Source: Azolla caroliniana
Lineage: Eukaryota > Plantae > Polypodiophyta
Length of the DNA stretch: 64,000 nucleotides
NCBI GenBank assembly: GCA_043228905.1
Contig: JBHGNT010000004.1
Coordinates: 10,912,001 to 10,976,000, forward strand
Direction: 5' to 3'
The translations under genes and the position numbers were made by a program. Positions 37,991 through 51,150 of the stretch are shown here, one piece after another (within the stretch, counting starts at the first letter, position 1; each line of letters opens with the position of its first letter). The notes below the pieces were generated by a model. That model was not told the DNA's origin. It did no database searches and saw nothing but the letters and a program-made list of their open reading frames with translations.

Positions 37991-40484
37991 ACCGTGGGGA
38001 CACTCTTCACGACCTCTAGGGTCACGAAGGTCATAAAGAAATTACAACATAGGAAGTCCATGGACCACAGAAGATTGCGAGCAGAACACATCATATATGT
38101 GAGAGAGTGCTTAGCTCCCTTGCTAACTCTAATCTTCAATTGTGCCCTTGCTGAGGGTTTTCCACCACAATGGACCATGAACACAGTAGTCCCTATACAT
38201 AAAGGGGGGGACCCCATGGACCCAAATACATATAGGACCATTATGATAGGTCATATACCCTTGCTAAATTATATTGTGCAGTAATGGAGGCAGAGCTTAG
38301 CGATTATCTGGAGACCTTAAATCTTCGCGCACCTGAACATGCTGGCTTTAGACGAGCCTTCTCCACTATTGATCATATCTTCACACTTAGAGGCTTAATT
38401 GACTAGACTAAGGCTCGCAAGAAGAAATTATATTGTTGTTTTGTGGACTTTCACAAAGCCTTTGACACGGTCCCTAGGGAGCGGTTGTTTGATAGGCTTA
38501 AAAGCTTGAGGATACTAGATGATATGGTTTGGGCCATCTACGCACTATATGAACAAGTGTCCGGGTGTGTTCGATTGCCAGGTGGCCTTTCTGATTGTTT
38601 CACTAGCATTATTGGTGTAGAACAAGGTTGTCTCCTATCTCCGACTCTTTTTGGGATCTACATTGATGAGATCACAGATTTTATTGCTCGTAAGGGAGGC
38701 AATGGAGTAGTCCTTGGGGATACGCAGGTTTGTATCTTGCTCTATGTAGATGACATAGTCTTGTTCTCTAAATCTGAACACGACCTACAAAGGCACCTTA
38801 ATGCCTTAGATGACTTTTGTGCACAATGAGGATTGGTAGTGAATCTAGGGAAAACTAAAGTCCTTATCTTCCACACGTCGGCCCAAGTTAGAGCTAAGTG
38901 TCACCTAACTATCTCCCATAGCCTAGTTGAGGTGGTTGGATCATATGTCTATCTCGGAGTCACTTTCAATGCCCGCTCAGGTAAATTTTTGATGACACAA
39001 GCAGCGAAGGATAGACTTACGAGAGGACATGCATCCCTCTCACTCCTCGAGAGACAATGCCATCAAGCATATTTCCAAGAGCCATAGACTAAAGGGTGGC
39101 TCTTTGACCCATGAGTGACTCCCTCCCTCATGTATGCATCAACGGTTTGGGCTCTAGGACTACCATCTTTCATGTGGACACAATTAGAGAGACCATTGGT
39201 GATGATGTTATCATGACAACTCCGAAGCAAATCGACAGTCCCACATGACATTATTAGGGTTGAGTTCACTCTACCCCCGATGTTAGTAGAAGCACTTTTT
39301 CAACTTGTAGTCTTTATCCACAGGATACATAGCCAACCACATGATAGAATATCCCATCAAGCCTTTAAGGCCTCTCAATCACTATATGAGTCCGGCTATA
39401 CTAGCTCATGGTATGGCATGATGGTGAGTTGGCTTCTTACAAACGGTCTAGACATTAATAACCTCCCCCCCCTTAAGTACGACCACGCGATTAATAACAC
39501 TTTAATCTCTCATGAGGACCGAAATAAAGTTATACGCCAAGAAATATGGCAAATTTACACTTGGTATAAATGGATCACCCCACTAGAACCACTCCCATCT
39601 AAAATGTTGTACTATAAGGAACACTTCATGCACTTCTCTAAGTTAGGATTTATTACATGACCAAAATACCTAGATGTATTCTTACCACATGCACTAAGGG
39701 TTGCCATTGGTCAACTTAGAATATCATCTCACCAACTTGAGATTGAGCATGGACGTTTAATGGAGTCCCTAGGGAGGAAAGGATATGTAGGTTATGCCAT
39801 GTAGAGATAGAGGATGAGTACCACTTTACATGCAAATGTCCCACCTATGCCGAGATAAGGGCCAAATATCAAGACACTCCCACCCTCCCTAAACTTTTAG
39901 ATGCACTAGATATAAAGAAATTAGGCAGATACATCCTAGAATTAAAACAACACAAAGACAAAATGTTGACAAAATGTTCACCAACATGTAACAAATGAAG
40001 TCTTTCAGGAACAGGGGGAGACAACGAATGTCGCCACACCTGCACCACTCGGGCTTTTCCTTGATGAAGCAGAAAATCAAAGAAGAACCAAACGCCCTCG
40101 GATGACGGGTTTCAAAGCAACTCGACGTGATGTAGAAGCAATAAAGAAAATAATGGAACGTGACCTACACCGCCTAGAAGCCATGGTTGGGGCACTCTAT
40201 ACACCGGGACCATGGGTCACACCTACACCAAAACCCTTTGACCTCCCACTTCTTTTCGAAAGGCTTGGGTGGAAATGAAATTAGGCTTAGTGCAAAGTCA
40301 CTTCTTTTTTATCAAGTATACTATGTTTTGTACACGACTATAACTCTTTTAGCTTAAGCTATTTTTACTTTACTTTTATTTTAGTTTTGATGATTGGATA
40401 ATACCCATTCTTGTTGTAAACCAACTATTTCATGGGTCAATTTTGGCCTTAGAAGACGTTAATATAACTTTCTTTCTTTCTTTC
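37991..40484 (+). mobile_element. 5'-truncated non-LTR retrotransposon, RTE-X-like, with (CTTT)n tail
   Basis: RT motifs VPIHKGGD, FVDFHKAFDTV, GVEQGCLLSPTLF, LLYVDD, YVYLGV; C-terminal LRISSHQLEIEHGR and RICRLC..IEDEYHF..KCP; tail ctttctttctttctttc at 40468-40484. Confidence 0.88.
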
Positions 40485-40578
40485 TCCGGCTCTTTGTCTG
40501 GTGCCATTACCTGTTTTCCCTATTCCCGTTTCGGTTTCCTCCTTTCTCCCCCTCAAGTGCGGCATGTGGAGATGCTGA

Positions 40579-41018
40579 TGTAAGGAATAATACTAAAAAC
40601 AGAGAGAGAATTAGTACTAGAGAAGGAATGTACTATGAGGATTAGTTCTAAGAGGAAGGGAGTGTGTAAGACTCACGAGAGAGAGAGAGAGAGACAAAGA
40701 GAATGATGATAACAGGTGATATATTATATGAAAAGTAAGTATAAGAATAGCTAAGAGGCTTAAGACTAGCGTTGAACCGAATTGGTTCGAAATAATGCCT
40801 TGTGCCTCTTTTTATAGTGCTGTTAAGAGTACTCCTAAAGTTTCCAGAATGTTCTAGAGAAATCTGGAATATATACATCAAATTTCTATAGTGAAATAAT
40901 AAATGAAAACAATATTCTTTGTATAATAATGTATAGGTTAATGGTAGGGCTTCAATCCATGTGACACTAGGTCATGGGTTCAAATCCTTTTAATGCCCTT
41001 CCATGCTATATCATGACA
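40579..41018. repeat. Solo LTR of an unrelated family
   Basis: TG...CA, 440 bp, TSD GCTGA at 40574-40578 and 41019-41023; interrupts the end of the copia RNase H. Confidence 0.92.
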
Positions 41019-44000
41019 GCTGAAGACTAAACAATCTCTGAAAAATGCTACAACTCGTTAGTCCCGAGTGCCTTGGTGAAGATGTTGGCAACCTGCCGAT
41101 CCGTCTAGATGAACCGAAGTTTGACTTCACTGGTGAGGACTCGCTTATGCACAAAGTGGTAATGCACTTCTATGTGCTTCGTCCGAGCATGGAACAAGGG
41201 GTTCTTGGCTACCTGCATGATGCTCATGTTGTCGCAGGTGGCAACGATAGCACCCCGATACTCAGCCTCACTGCTTGAAAGAGCCACTGTTGGCTGTTTT
41301 TTGCTGCTCCACGCAACAACTGCGCTACCTAGAGAGAACATGTAACCGGAACTGGACAGACGATCCGACATATCACTGGCCTAGTCAGCATCTGTATATC
41401 TGACTAGCTTTTCGGTTATTTACCATGTCAGTATAACAGTTCCCGGTCCTTAGTGCCGCTAACATACCTCAGTATTCGTTGCGTGCACTGAAGGTGCTCC
41501 ATGGTTGGCTTCTGCATGAATTGACTTATCCCTCCGACCGGATAGTTAATGTCAAGTTGGGTGATCATTAAATAAATAAGGCTTCGGACAATTTGTACGA
41601 ACCATCTCTCGTTGAAAGCCCGTCCGAAGTTGGGACGAACCTTCAAGTTCCGGTCCCGGGGTGTGGAGACTGGTTGGCAATCTTTCATGCCGAACTTGTA
41701 CATCATATTCAACACATAATGTCACTGAGAGAGAAGTATGCCGACGGGAGTATGGATCACTTCGATCTCAAGGAAGTAATGAAGGTCCCCCAGGTCCTTC
41801 ATTTCAAATGCATCCGACAACTAGGACTTCACTTGGCCGATTTCAGCAAGGCCGGATCCGGTGATGATTAGATCATATAGCAAGATACATACCGGACCCT
41901 CCAGACCTTTCTGGATGAACAATGAAGAGTCCGATTTCGAGGCCACAAACCCCATCTTACGCAACCGGTGCGTGATCTTCAAATTCCAAGCACGGGGAGC
42001 TTGCTTCAAGCCATCAAGGGACTTCTTGAGTCTGCACACTACCGACTTGTTCATCTCCTATTGAAAACCTGGGGGCTGGATCATGTAGACTTGTTCTTCA
42101 AGATCACCTTGAAGAAACACATTCTTCACGTCCATTTGGTGAAGATGCCATCCCCTTGAAGGAACAACCGCTAGCACTACACGAACTGTCGTCATCTTCA
42201 CTACCGGAGCGAAGGTTTCTTCAGAGTCGATTTTGTTGGTCTGCACATATTCGTTCGCCACTAACTGGGCATTGTACCAGTTGACCAAATCGTCAGCATT
42301 ATACTTTACCTTGTACATCCACTTGCAACCGATCATTTTGCAATGTCGGGGAGGGTCAACCAGGTCCCATGTATCGTTGGCATCGAGTTCCTACATCTCT
42401 TCCTCCATTGCGGCACGCCAATTTGGGTCCTTTGCCACCTCTACATAGCTCTTTAGTGCACGCACCTCCGCCACTTTCGTCATGTACGCACAGTGATACG
42501 CCATGTTCTCGTTATACCGATACTATTTGACGGGGTTCTTCTGGTGGGTTGATCGGTGTAACTTCTCGTTAGCTGATTTCAAGGCCCTCTTAACCGGTTG
42601 GGACTTCGTTCCTAAAGGTCTGTCTTCGTTCTTTCCGGAGTCAGTCTCTTCTCAATTTGTATCGTACTCTAGCAACTTCTTCTTCTCTTTCTCTTTACGC
42701 ATGCACCGTCTCCTCGGTTCCTTGTGCGGGGAAAGCACGACCGAGTCTCCACTACTCGCCGACTCTTCATCTGACTGCTCATTTCGACTCAATCGCTCAT
42801 TCAACCCACTTAGCCGGAATGGGATCAGACTCTCATCCAGAGTGCCGAATCCTTCTTCCTTTTCTGCCCAAATTGTTTCACTGACAGGCTCACTGGGCTC
42901 ATCCTTTGGAATTGGGTCGGAGTTGGGGGTCAGAGTCGATAGAGAGTACCATGATGCCGACACATCAAATTCGACATCTCAACTCACTCGAGCTTGTTTT
43001 GTTCGGGGGTTATAACGCTTATAACCCTTTTGCTCATGTGAGTAGCCGACAAGGATACACTTCTCTAACTTTGGGTCCAACTTCCTCCTCTTCTCATTCG
43101 GCACATGGACATAGGCAATGCTACCGAATATCCTAAGGTGCCTTAAATTTGGCTTCCGTCTGAAATATAGCTTGTGTGCCGACACTTTATCCCTGATCCG
43201 GTTTTGAATATAGACGGTTGTTCGGACCGTGTTGGCCTAGTAGAACTTGGACATGCTTTTGTCTTCTAGCATTGCCCATGCTGCCTCGACAATAGAATGG
43301 TTCTTCCTTTCGGCCACACCATTTTGTTCCGGTGTGTATCAGCAACTAAATTCTCTCTGAATTCCATTTTGTTGCAGATAATTGTTGAATTGGCCGGAAA
43401 AGTATTCTTTTCTGCCATCCAACCGTAGGCACTTAATCTTCTTCTCCGTTTCCCGTTCGACAAGAGTTTGTAGGTTTTGGAAACAGTCGAAGACTTCACT
43501 TTTCTTCTCTATGAGGTAGATCCATGTGTGTCGGTTGTAGTCATCGACGAAGGACGAAATATCGGTTCCCGTCAAGACTAACGTTCTATGCCGATCCCCA
43601 TACATCCGAGTGTATTACGTCAAGCTTGTTACGGCTCCGATTTCTTTCGGTGGGGAATGAAAGCCGGTGTTGCTTTCCGCGTTGGCAAGCTTCACAAATT
43701 TGGGCCTTCCAGCTATTGAATTTTGGCAATCCGAAAACAACTTGTTTCGATTGCAGGGCTTGAAGCCGCTGATAATTGACATGGCCGATCCGATTGTTCC
43801 ACAAGTCGATATCCGACTCAACTTTCTGTCCTTTTGCGAACCAGGCGGTGCCAACGTCGTTGGTGTCGAGGATGAAAATCCTCCCATCCTGACGCCCTTG
43901 CGTGATGATCCGGTCCTCTTCATCAATGAAGCACTTGAGATGTGTAAACCACACCTGCATCCCCTAGTTGACGATCTGTTCGACCAACACCAGGTTCTTT

Positions 44001-44916
44001 GTGATTTTCGGGACGTGAAGCATGTTCATAGGCTTCCCTTGTTGTTCGACATGACTCAAGGGGACTTCTCCGACATGCACTATCAAGTGAGGAGTGTCGT
44101 CTCCGGTTTCGACAACTCCCGGTTGCTCCAGCTTTTTCAAAAATGAGAACCACTCTTCGTGGCTTGTCATGTGATTAGAGGCTCCGGAGTCAACGCACCA
44201 CACTTCCTCCAATCCGGAAGTGGTCTTTTTCATTGAGTTTGCCTTGTGCTTCATTACGAAGGCTAGCCCTTTTCTGGTCTTTCTTGTTCCAGATCCTTCC
44301 GATCCTTTTGTGTAGTGCGAGCTTTGCCAGTTCCCTTGTCCGGCCTTACCAAATCCGTATTTATCTGACTCCGTGCACTTCTTCAAGCACTCACTTTCCC
44401 GACGGCCCTTTTTGCCACAATACCAGCATTCCGTGTCGGCCTTTGATTGCCGGTTTCCGGCGCCGCCTTGACTCTCCATTCCTTGTGGAGGGTCTAGAAC
44501 TGTTGTCCGTAGTATCTCTGTGCCTCCGGTTCTGCTCTTGCCGGCCGCTGCTATTGCGTGCCGACCCACCTCATCCTCGAAGCCCACGGGGCCAATCCAC
44601 CTCCGTGTACAACATCCGGTTGTCCAATTGAGTGATCCTCGACCTACTCGTGTGGTTTTCTTCGACAATGAGCATTGATTGCAAATCAAAGAAGGACGGT
44701 GGCTTCTCCCGGGTGCAAATTGTTGTTTGTATTGGCCCGTACCGGTGTGCTACACCACGGAGGCAGATCTGGACCATCTCTTCCTCGTCCACCATCACGT
44801 TCATGGAATGGAGCGCGTCGCACATCTCCTTTATCTTGGTGGTCTAGTCGGTGACTGACATGTCTCGTTGTCGGTTACTGTTGAGCTCTTGCCAGAGCTG
44901 CAACTTCCGAGTCGTG

Positions 44917-47170
44917 CCGAATCGGTTGAAGAATGATCGACTACGCCCGAATCCGCTAAAGAAGCTGAAAGACGAATTGAACAATGTTTGATTCGGGTGA
45001 GCCGAGTTGGATGAATTCTGAGAGGTCGTTAGGGGCCCACATTCCTATTATAGTAATAGGAATATTATAGGCTTCTAGTGTCAAGCTCAGTTAATGAGCA
45101 TTCAAGTACTTGTCAGTACTTAGCCCACTCATCAAGGCTTGTATAAAAAGTGCTCACTGAGCAAATTGTATGTACAGAGAACATTTTGTAATAGAACATT
45201 GTTGTCTGCTCTCTCTGTCTCTCCCTCATTGTGTATCCATTCTCTATGTTTACCTAACTATCTAATTTCCGAATAACCGATTGTGTACTCTGTGTCTTAT
45301 GCTTATGCTTCCACACACATTCTTTTACATGGTATTAGAGCGTCAGGTTTGAGAATCCTCTACAGCTGACCGAAAAGCAAGCGAACAAGACAGAGACAAG
45401 TTTCTTCGTTTTTCGGAAAAGAAAAGACACAAACATGGACCGAGGAATGGGAAGCTCACTTCCGATATAGAAACTCGATAGGAACAACTACACATCTTGG
45501 TCGTACAAGATGCACAACTACCTGCTCGGGCACGATTACTAGAGTTATGTCGAAGGAGCTAATGATGCAGCACCCGAAAAAGAAAAGACACAAACATGGA
45601 TAGAGGAATGGGAAGCTCACTTCCGATAGAGAAACTCAATAGGAACAACTACACATCTTGTTCATACAAGATGCACCACTACCTGCTCGGGCACGATTAC
45701 TGGAGTTATGCCGAAGGAGCTAATGATGCAGGACCCGAGTTGACACATAGAGATTTCCTGTCCTGGGAACTGGCGGCAAGCAGATTTCTCTACTGCTTCG
45801 CATCCTGTGTGAGCGATCAATTTTTGAGCTATATCCAGGACGCCAAAATGCCAAAGGATGTGTGGGCGAATCTGAAACGTATTTTCGCCACCAACACAAT
45901 GCCTAGGAAGCTGCAGCTCAGGGAGAGCTCAATAATGTCTGATAGAGAGATCTGTCTATGGCCGATTATACAACCCGAATCAAGGAGATATACGACTCCC
46001 TCACCTCCATCAACATCAACATTGAGGGTGACGAAATAGTGTAGGTTTGCCTTGGAGGGTTTGTGTCAAAGTTCAGAGCATTCCGAATGGCGGTCTACAT
46101 GAGGGAGAATACACCTTCATTTTTAGAGCTACAATCGATGTTTCTCGTAGAGGAAAACCACTTGGGTGTGTCCACGAGCATGCACACCGACAAAAAGATG
46201 TTCTACATGGAGGTGGATCGGCCCTATAATCATGGTTGCCGAGGTGGGTCTGCACGCAATGGAGGTAGCCGACAGGAGCAAAAATCAAGGCATAATCGAA
46301 ATGCGGACAACAGTTCTAGACCCTCCACGAATAGGGGGAGTCAAGGTGGCGCCAGAGGTCGACAAGGAAAGGTTGCGACGGACTATTGGTATTGTGGCCG
46401 GAAGGGCCACAGAAAGAGCGAGGGCTAGAAAAAACGAGCAGATTTTGGACAAAGCCGGATCGAGGCAAGGGGACGCAGATAGGCGTGAAAGATCGCACTA
46501 TGCCGAAGGCTTAGGGCGAGCCGTAACGGGCCCAACCTTCGTAATGAAGCATAATGCCAACTTGATGGTGGTGAACACCTCAAGATTGAACGAGGTGAGG
46601 TATATGGATTTAGGCACATTGAACCACATGAAGAATCACAAGGAGTGGTTCTCGACTCTGGAGAAGTTGGAGTAGCCGGGGGTTGTCGAAATTGGCGATG
46701 ACACTCCTCACCTCATTGAACATATCGGAGATGTCCCTATGAGCTATGTTAGTCAAAGAGGAATAATGAGAAATGTGTTGTATGTGCCGACGATCACCAA
46801 GAACTTGGTGTTGGTCGAACAAATTGTCGACTAGGGCATGCAAGTTCGATTTACTCACCTCGGGTGCTTCATCGAAGAAGGCAAGATCATCGCGCAAGGG
46901 CGTCGAGATGGGAGGATGTTTGTAAAAAGTAGCGTGTGAAAGCTTGTAGATGAAACCGGCTTCACTAGATAGAAATAGAGAATATGCACAGGTTTAATCG
47001 AAAGCTTAGTCACACACAGAGAGTACGCGGGGGAGACAAAGAGAGCAAAATAGTAAACTCAATTCAAAATAATAACATTTTGTACATACAATGTGTTCAG
47101 AGAACACTTTTATACAAGTCCTTAAAAGGTTTAACAAAAGTACTAACATGTACTTCAATGCTCATATGAG
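44917..47170 (+). mobile_element. copia 5' part (LTR to 45329, PBS 45330-45341, gag-PR) plus partial antisense LTR from 46921
   Basis: Reverse-complement match to about 21815-23915, including the ggaggatgtt|tgtaaaaagt junction. Confidence 0.9.
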
Positions 47171-47175
47171 AGACT

Positions 47176-48699
47176 AACGCTCCGGAATCAACATAACACA
47201 CCTTGCTCGATTTCAAGGTGTTCACGGCCATCGAATTGGCCTTGTGCTTCATTACGAAGGCTGGGCCTGATCCATTTCCGGCTCGTTCGGAGCCCTCGGG
47301 GTAGTGCGATTTCTGACGCCTTCTTGCGTCTCTTCCACTTGATTCGGCTTTGTCTGAATCAGCTCTCTTCTTCCAACACTCGCTCTCCCTGTGGCCTTTC
47401 TTGCCACAGTACCAACATTCCGTCACGGCCTTCTCTTGCTGACTTCCGGCGCCGCTATGACTCCCCCTGCTTCCGGAGGGTTTAGAATTGCTTCTGCCAT
47501 TTCGATTATGCCGCACGTTATGCTCTTTTCATCCGCCTCCAATGCGCGCCAATCCGCCTTGTCCGTCACGATCACGGGGCCTATCTTCCTCCATGTACAA
47601 CATCTTGTCGTCGGCGTGCGTACTCGTTGATGCACCCGTGTGATTTTCCTCCACGAGCAACATCGACTGAAGCTCGAAGAACCAAGGTATATTCTCCCTT
47701 GTCTAGACTGTCTTTCGGAATGCTCCGAACTTTGACGCTAACCCTCCAAGACAAACCTGCACCATTTCGTCTTCCTCGACATTCACGTTGACAGAGGCGA
47801 GAGAGCCACAGATCTCCTTGTTTGGGGTCGTGTAATCGGCCACAGACAGATCTTTCTGTTGGACATTGCTGAGCTCCTGCCTGAGTTGCAGCTTCCTGGC
47901 CATTGTGCTAGCGACGAAAATCCCCTTGAGATTCGCCCACGCGTCCTTTGGTGTCTTAGCATCCTGAATGTAGCTCAAGAGCTTGTCACTCACCCAGGAC
48001 GCGAAGCAGTAAAGAGCTTTGCTTGCCGCTTGTTCCCAAGCAGAAAAATCTATGTGTGTCGATTCAGGTGTTGTATCATTAGCTCCTTCTACATAACTCC
48101 AGTAGCCATGACCAAGCAGGTACTGGTGCATCTTGTATGAACAAGATGCGTCGTTGCTCCTGTTGAGCTTCCCATTCCTTTGTCCATATTGCTGTCTTAT
48201 CCTTTCGGAAAAACAATAACTTAACTTTGTCTTTATCGCAAGCTTTTCTATCGACTGCAGAGGAGTCTCAACCCTCGTGCTCTGATACCATGTAAAAGAA
48301 TACGTGTGCGGAAGCGTATGCGAAAGACACAGAGTACACGGTTTGGAAACACAACAGTTCGGTAAAACACAGAAATCACAGAGAAAGAGAGGGAGACACA
48401 GAGAGAGCAGAAAACGAAACTATATTCAAAAATAATTCTCTGTATGTTCTCTGTACATACTTCGTGCTCAATGAGCACCTTTTATACAAGCCTTGACAAT
48501 TGGGTTGACACATGTACTTATAGTACTTGACTACTCATGAATGAGCATCCTACATTTACTCCCAAAATTATCCTTACGAGGAATAACATTCCAACGGCCT
48601 CTCGGTTTACATACCGCTACGGCCATATTTTGCATACGGTTTTACACACCCAATCTACGCATTGGGTTACGCACCCAATGTTGAGCTTGTCTCTCAACA
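47176..48699 (-). mobile_element. copia family A-related 5' fragment (gag, PBS 48279-48290, LTR 48291-48699)
   Basis: MHQYLLGHGYWSYVEGA..., CWYCGKKGHRESEC, TGGTATCAGAGC, TG...CA. Confidence 0.92.
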
Positions 48700-48990
48700 T
48701 TCTCAATGACGAGCTCCCAGATATGGTGATACCTCACCTCTATATGTTTCTTCTTCGCATGATAGACAAGGTTTCGTATCAGGTGGATTGTGCTCTGTGA
48801 GTCGCAATATAGAGTCAGAGCAAGGTGATCGATTAGCCTCTTGTTGTTGCAGCCAAGCTCCTTTTGATGCTTCTGACGTGGCAATGTACTCAGCCTCTTG
48901 GAGCTTCAACCTCCATGAAATCACTTTGCCTCCATAGGTGAAGACATAACCTGAAGTCGACTTTTGATTGTCAAGGTTCCTGGCATACTT
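48700..48990 (-). mobile_element. copia RNase H fragment
   Basis: KSTSGYVFT, AEYIA, LYCDSQSTIHL..N.VYHAKKKHIEVRYH. Confidence 0.85.
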
Positions 48991-49059
48991 TGGTCGGATG
49001 ATTTTTGGTTCCTCGAAGATAGCCAACTAATTGAGCTATAAAAGCTTGAGCCTATACCA

Positions 49060-49132
49060 TGCTTTCATTGAGAGTCAAACTCAAGACCTCCGCTTACTAA
49101 AATGGTGCTCTAACCAATTGAGTTATGTAAAC
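49060..49132 (-). pseudogene. tRNA-Thr(AGT) pseudogene or tRNA-derived unit
   Basis: Minus strand GTTTACATAACTCAATTGGTTAGAGCACCATTTTAGTAAGCGGAGGTCTTGAGTTTGACTCTCAATGAAAGCA: A-box, AGT anticodon and mutated B-box; stems carry mismatches. Confidence 0.8.
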
Positions 49133-49299
49133 ACAACATGTTATATATGTCATTACAAACCAAATTATGTAACTAACTAAGCTATGAAAGTACCAAGCTT
49201 TACCATGCTTTCATCGAGGTTCCACAAAAGTTTAATCAAACTCACATTTCTCTAACTTCAAACAAGTTGGACATGCTTACCATTTCTTCTTGAATATAT

Positions 49300-51150
49300 G
49301 AGAAAATTAATATAGCGTCAAGATAAATCACAATAAATTCATTAATCCAAATACTCTCAAAAGATATCATTAATCATATATTGAAAGACAAGGGGAACAT
49401 TTGTGAGTATGAAAGGCATGACAATGTACTCAAAATGTCCATATAGAGTACAAAAGGAAAATTTTCATCAATCCCCTAGTTTGATTCGGACCAAAGTATA
49501 AGCACCCCCGAATATCAAACTTAGAGAAGATTTTTCCGGATTTGAGGTGATACAAAAGTTCTAAGATCAATGGGTAATTGTTAGAGACATGAACTAATGT
49601 AAGCATTAGATAAGGATAGAATATAGATAGATAGATAGAAAGGAGAGAAAAAGAAGGGTGTCGATCCACCCGACCACCCCCGAGCGAAGGGATCGAGATG
49701 GACTCGACCCTCGATCGGCGTCCCATACCACCGTCGTGGCGTCGAGTCGTACCTGGGGCTGGCGCGCTCACTACAAGAGTTGACCCACCACAAGACAGAG
49801 TCCAGATGATCAAATGAGGGTAGCTAGGCCTCTTATTTATAGCGATACCCAAGGCCCCCAGGCAAGTTCACACTTGGCCTAATGGGTTGTCTCAATCCCG
49901 AGGATTAAAAGTAATCCTTCCCTTCTTTACACTCTCGTTTAACCCTCACACTTATCCACGTGTATGTATAGAATACTATGGTAAATTCTCACCACGGGAT
50001 ATTATATGGTCATGCCCGTAATAGTAATGGATAGTGATTCTTAATAGTCACGATTGAGACAACAATAATCCATACATATTGTAACAACCCATCTTTCTTC
50101 TTGAAAAATAAGATAGGAACTTTGTCACAAGATTTCAAATGTTGAATAAATCCTCTTCCTAGGTTCTCATCAATGTATATCCCAAGAGCTTCAAGTTCAT
50201 GCTCAGAAAGTCAACAAATAGGCCCAAAATGAGGTGTTGAACCATCCTCTAAATCAATAGGGCAATCATATTGTCGATTAATTGTTAAGATAATTCTATT
50301 CTTCTCAGGCACATTAGAAAAAAAATTGTGCTTCATAGGTTATTCCATTGGGTGTTGGAGAAACATGAATAGTGTAAACTTGATTTTTCTTGGAAAATTT
50401 CAAAAAAAGGATGGCCACAATGAATGTCATTTTCAAGTGTGAAAATTTGATGAAACGTGACAATAAGAATGAGGTTTACATTGTTCAAGGTGAAAAGTAA
50501 GAGAATGAGCCCACCAATCTATAATTGGATTGTGAACTTCTAACCAAGATAATCCAAGAATGATAGGATGATGTGGAGATGAAATCTGATTAAAAGTAAT
50601 GTCGTTCTTAGTGCTTATTAAGAGGTAAATCTAAAGAGATTATCTAATGTGTAATGACATTAGAGGAAACCAAACGTCCATATATAGGAAATTGTGTTAT
50701 CATGAGCATACTTGATATCCATAAAGAATGATGTAGCACCAAATTCAAGAAGCACTAAACTCGTGAGGACTTGTCTATGCATTGATTCGGACAAGAACAT
50801 TGGACCGATCGACAAATAGGAACCTTTGATATTGATGATTGCATATATAGTGTACAACTGCAAAGTTCCTACTGCAATTGAACATTGTCGTTATCCAAGA
50901 TGGTCATAGTCTCCCCACATGGTTGTAAAGCACTAGACTCTACAATGGCAGAGTCTATGACGAGTTGTGCTTGTTTACCTTTGGTTGGGCAAGTTTGTGT
51001 TATGTGCCTAGGAGCCCCACAATATAAGCAAAGATTGTTAGTAAGAAGGTTTTACTTTTCTTCATTGGAATCCACCTCCATTGGGTTAGACCTTGATGGA
51101 AATGTTCAATGAGTGCTTGTTTTTCCCATTGAACATCACAAGGAAGTTAG
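49300..51150 (-). mobile_element. Highly decayed Ty3/gypsy (Tcn1-like) gag-PR-RT remnant with an LTR-like insertion at about 49598-50018
   Basis: CLYCGAPRH knuckle, PILFFKKKDG, KNHYPL, KIFSKFDIRG and [11 protein letters not shown] readable across frameshifts. Confidence 0.75.

Larger units (their letters stand above)
36970..44915 (-). mobile_element. Decayed copia family A element (3' LTR about 36970-37438, PPT 37439-37449), interrupted by a LINE and a solo LTR
   Basis: Colinear with 274-5440: LTR, PPT, extension, RH, RT, INT, PR, gag, with many stops and frameshifts. Confidence 0.92.

Noticed and set aside
40960-40990. tRNA B-box-like ggttcaaatcc inside the solo LTR
   Set aside because: No cloverleaf or matching A-box could be built.
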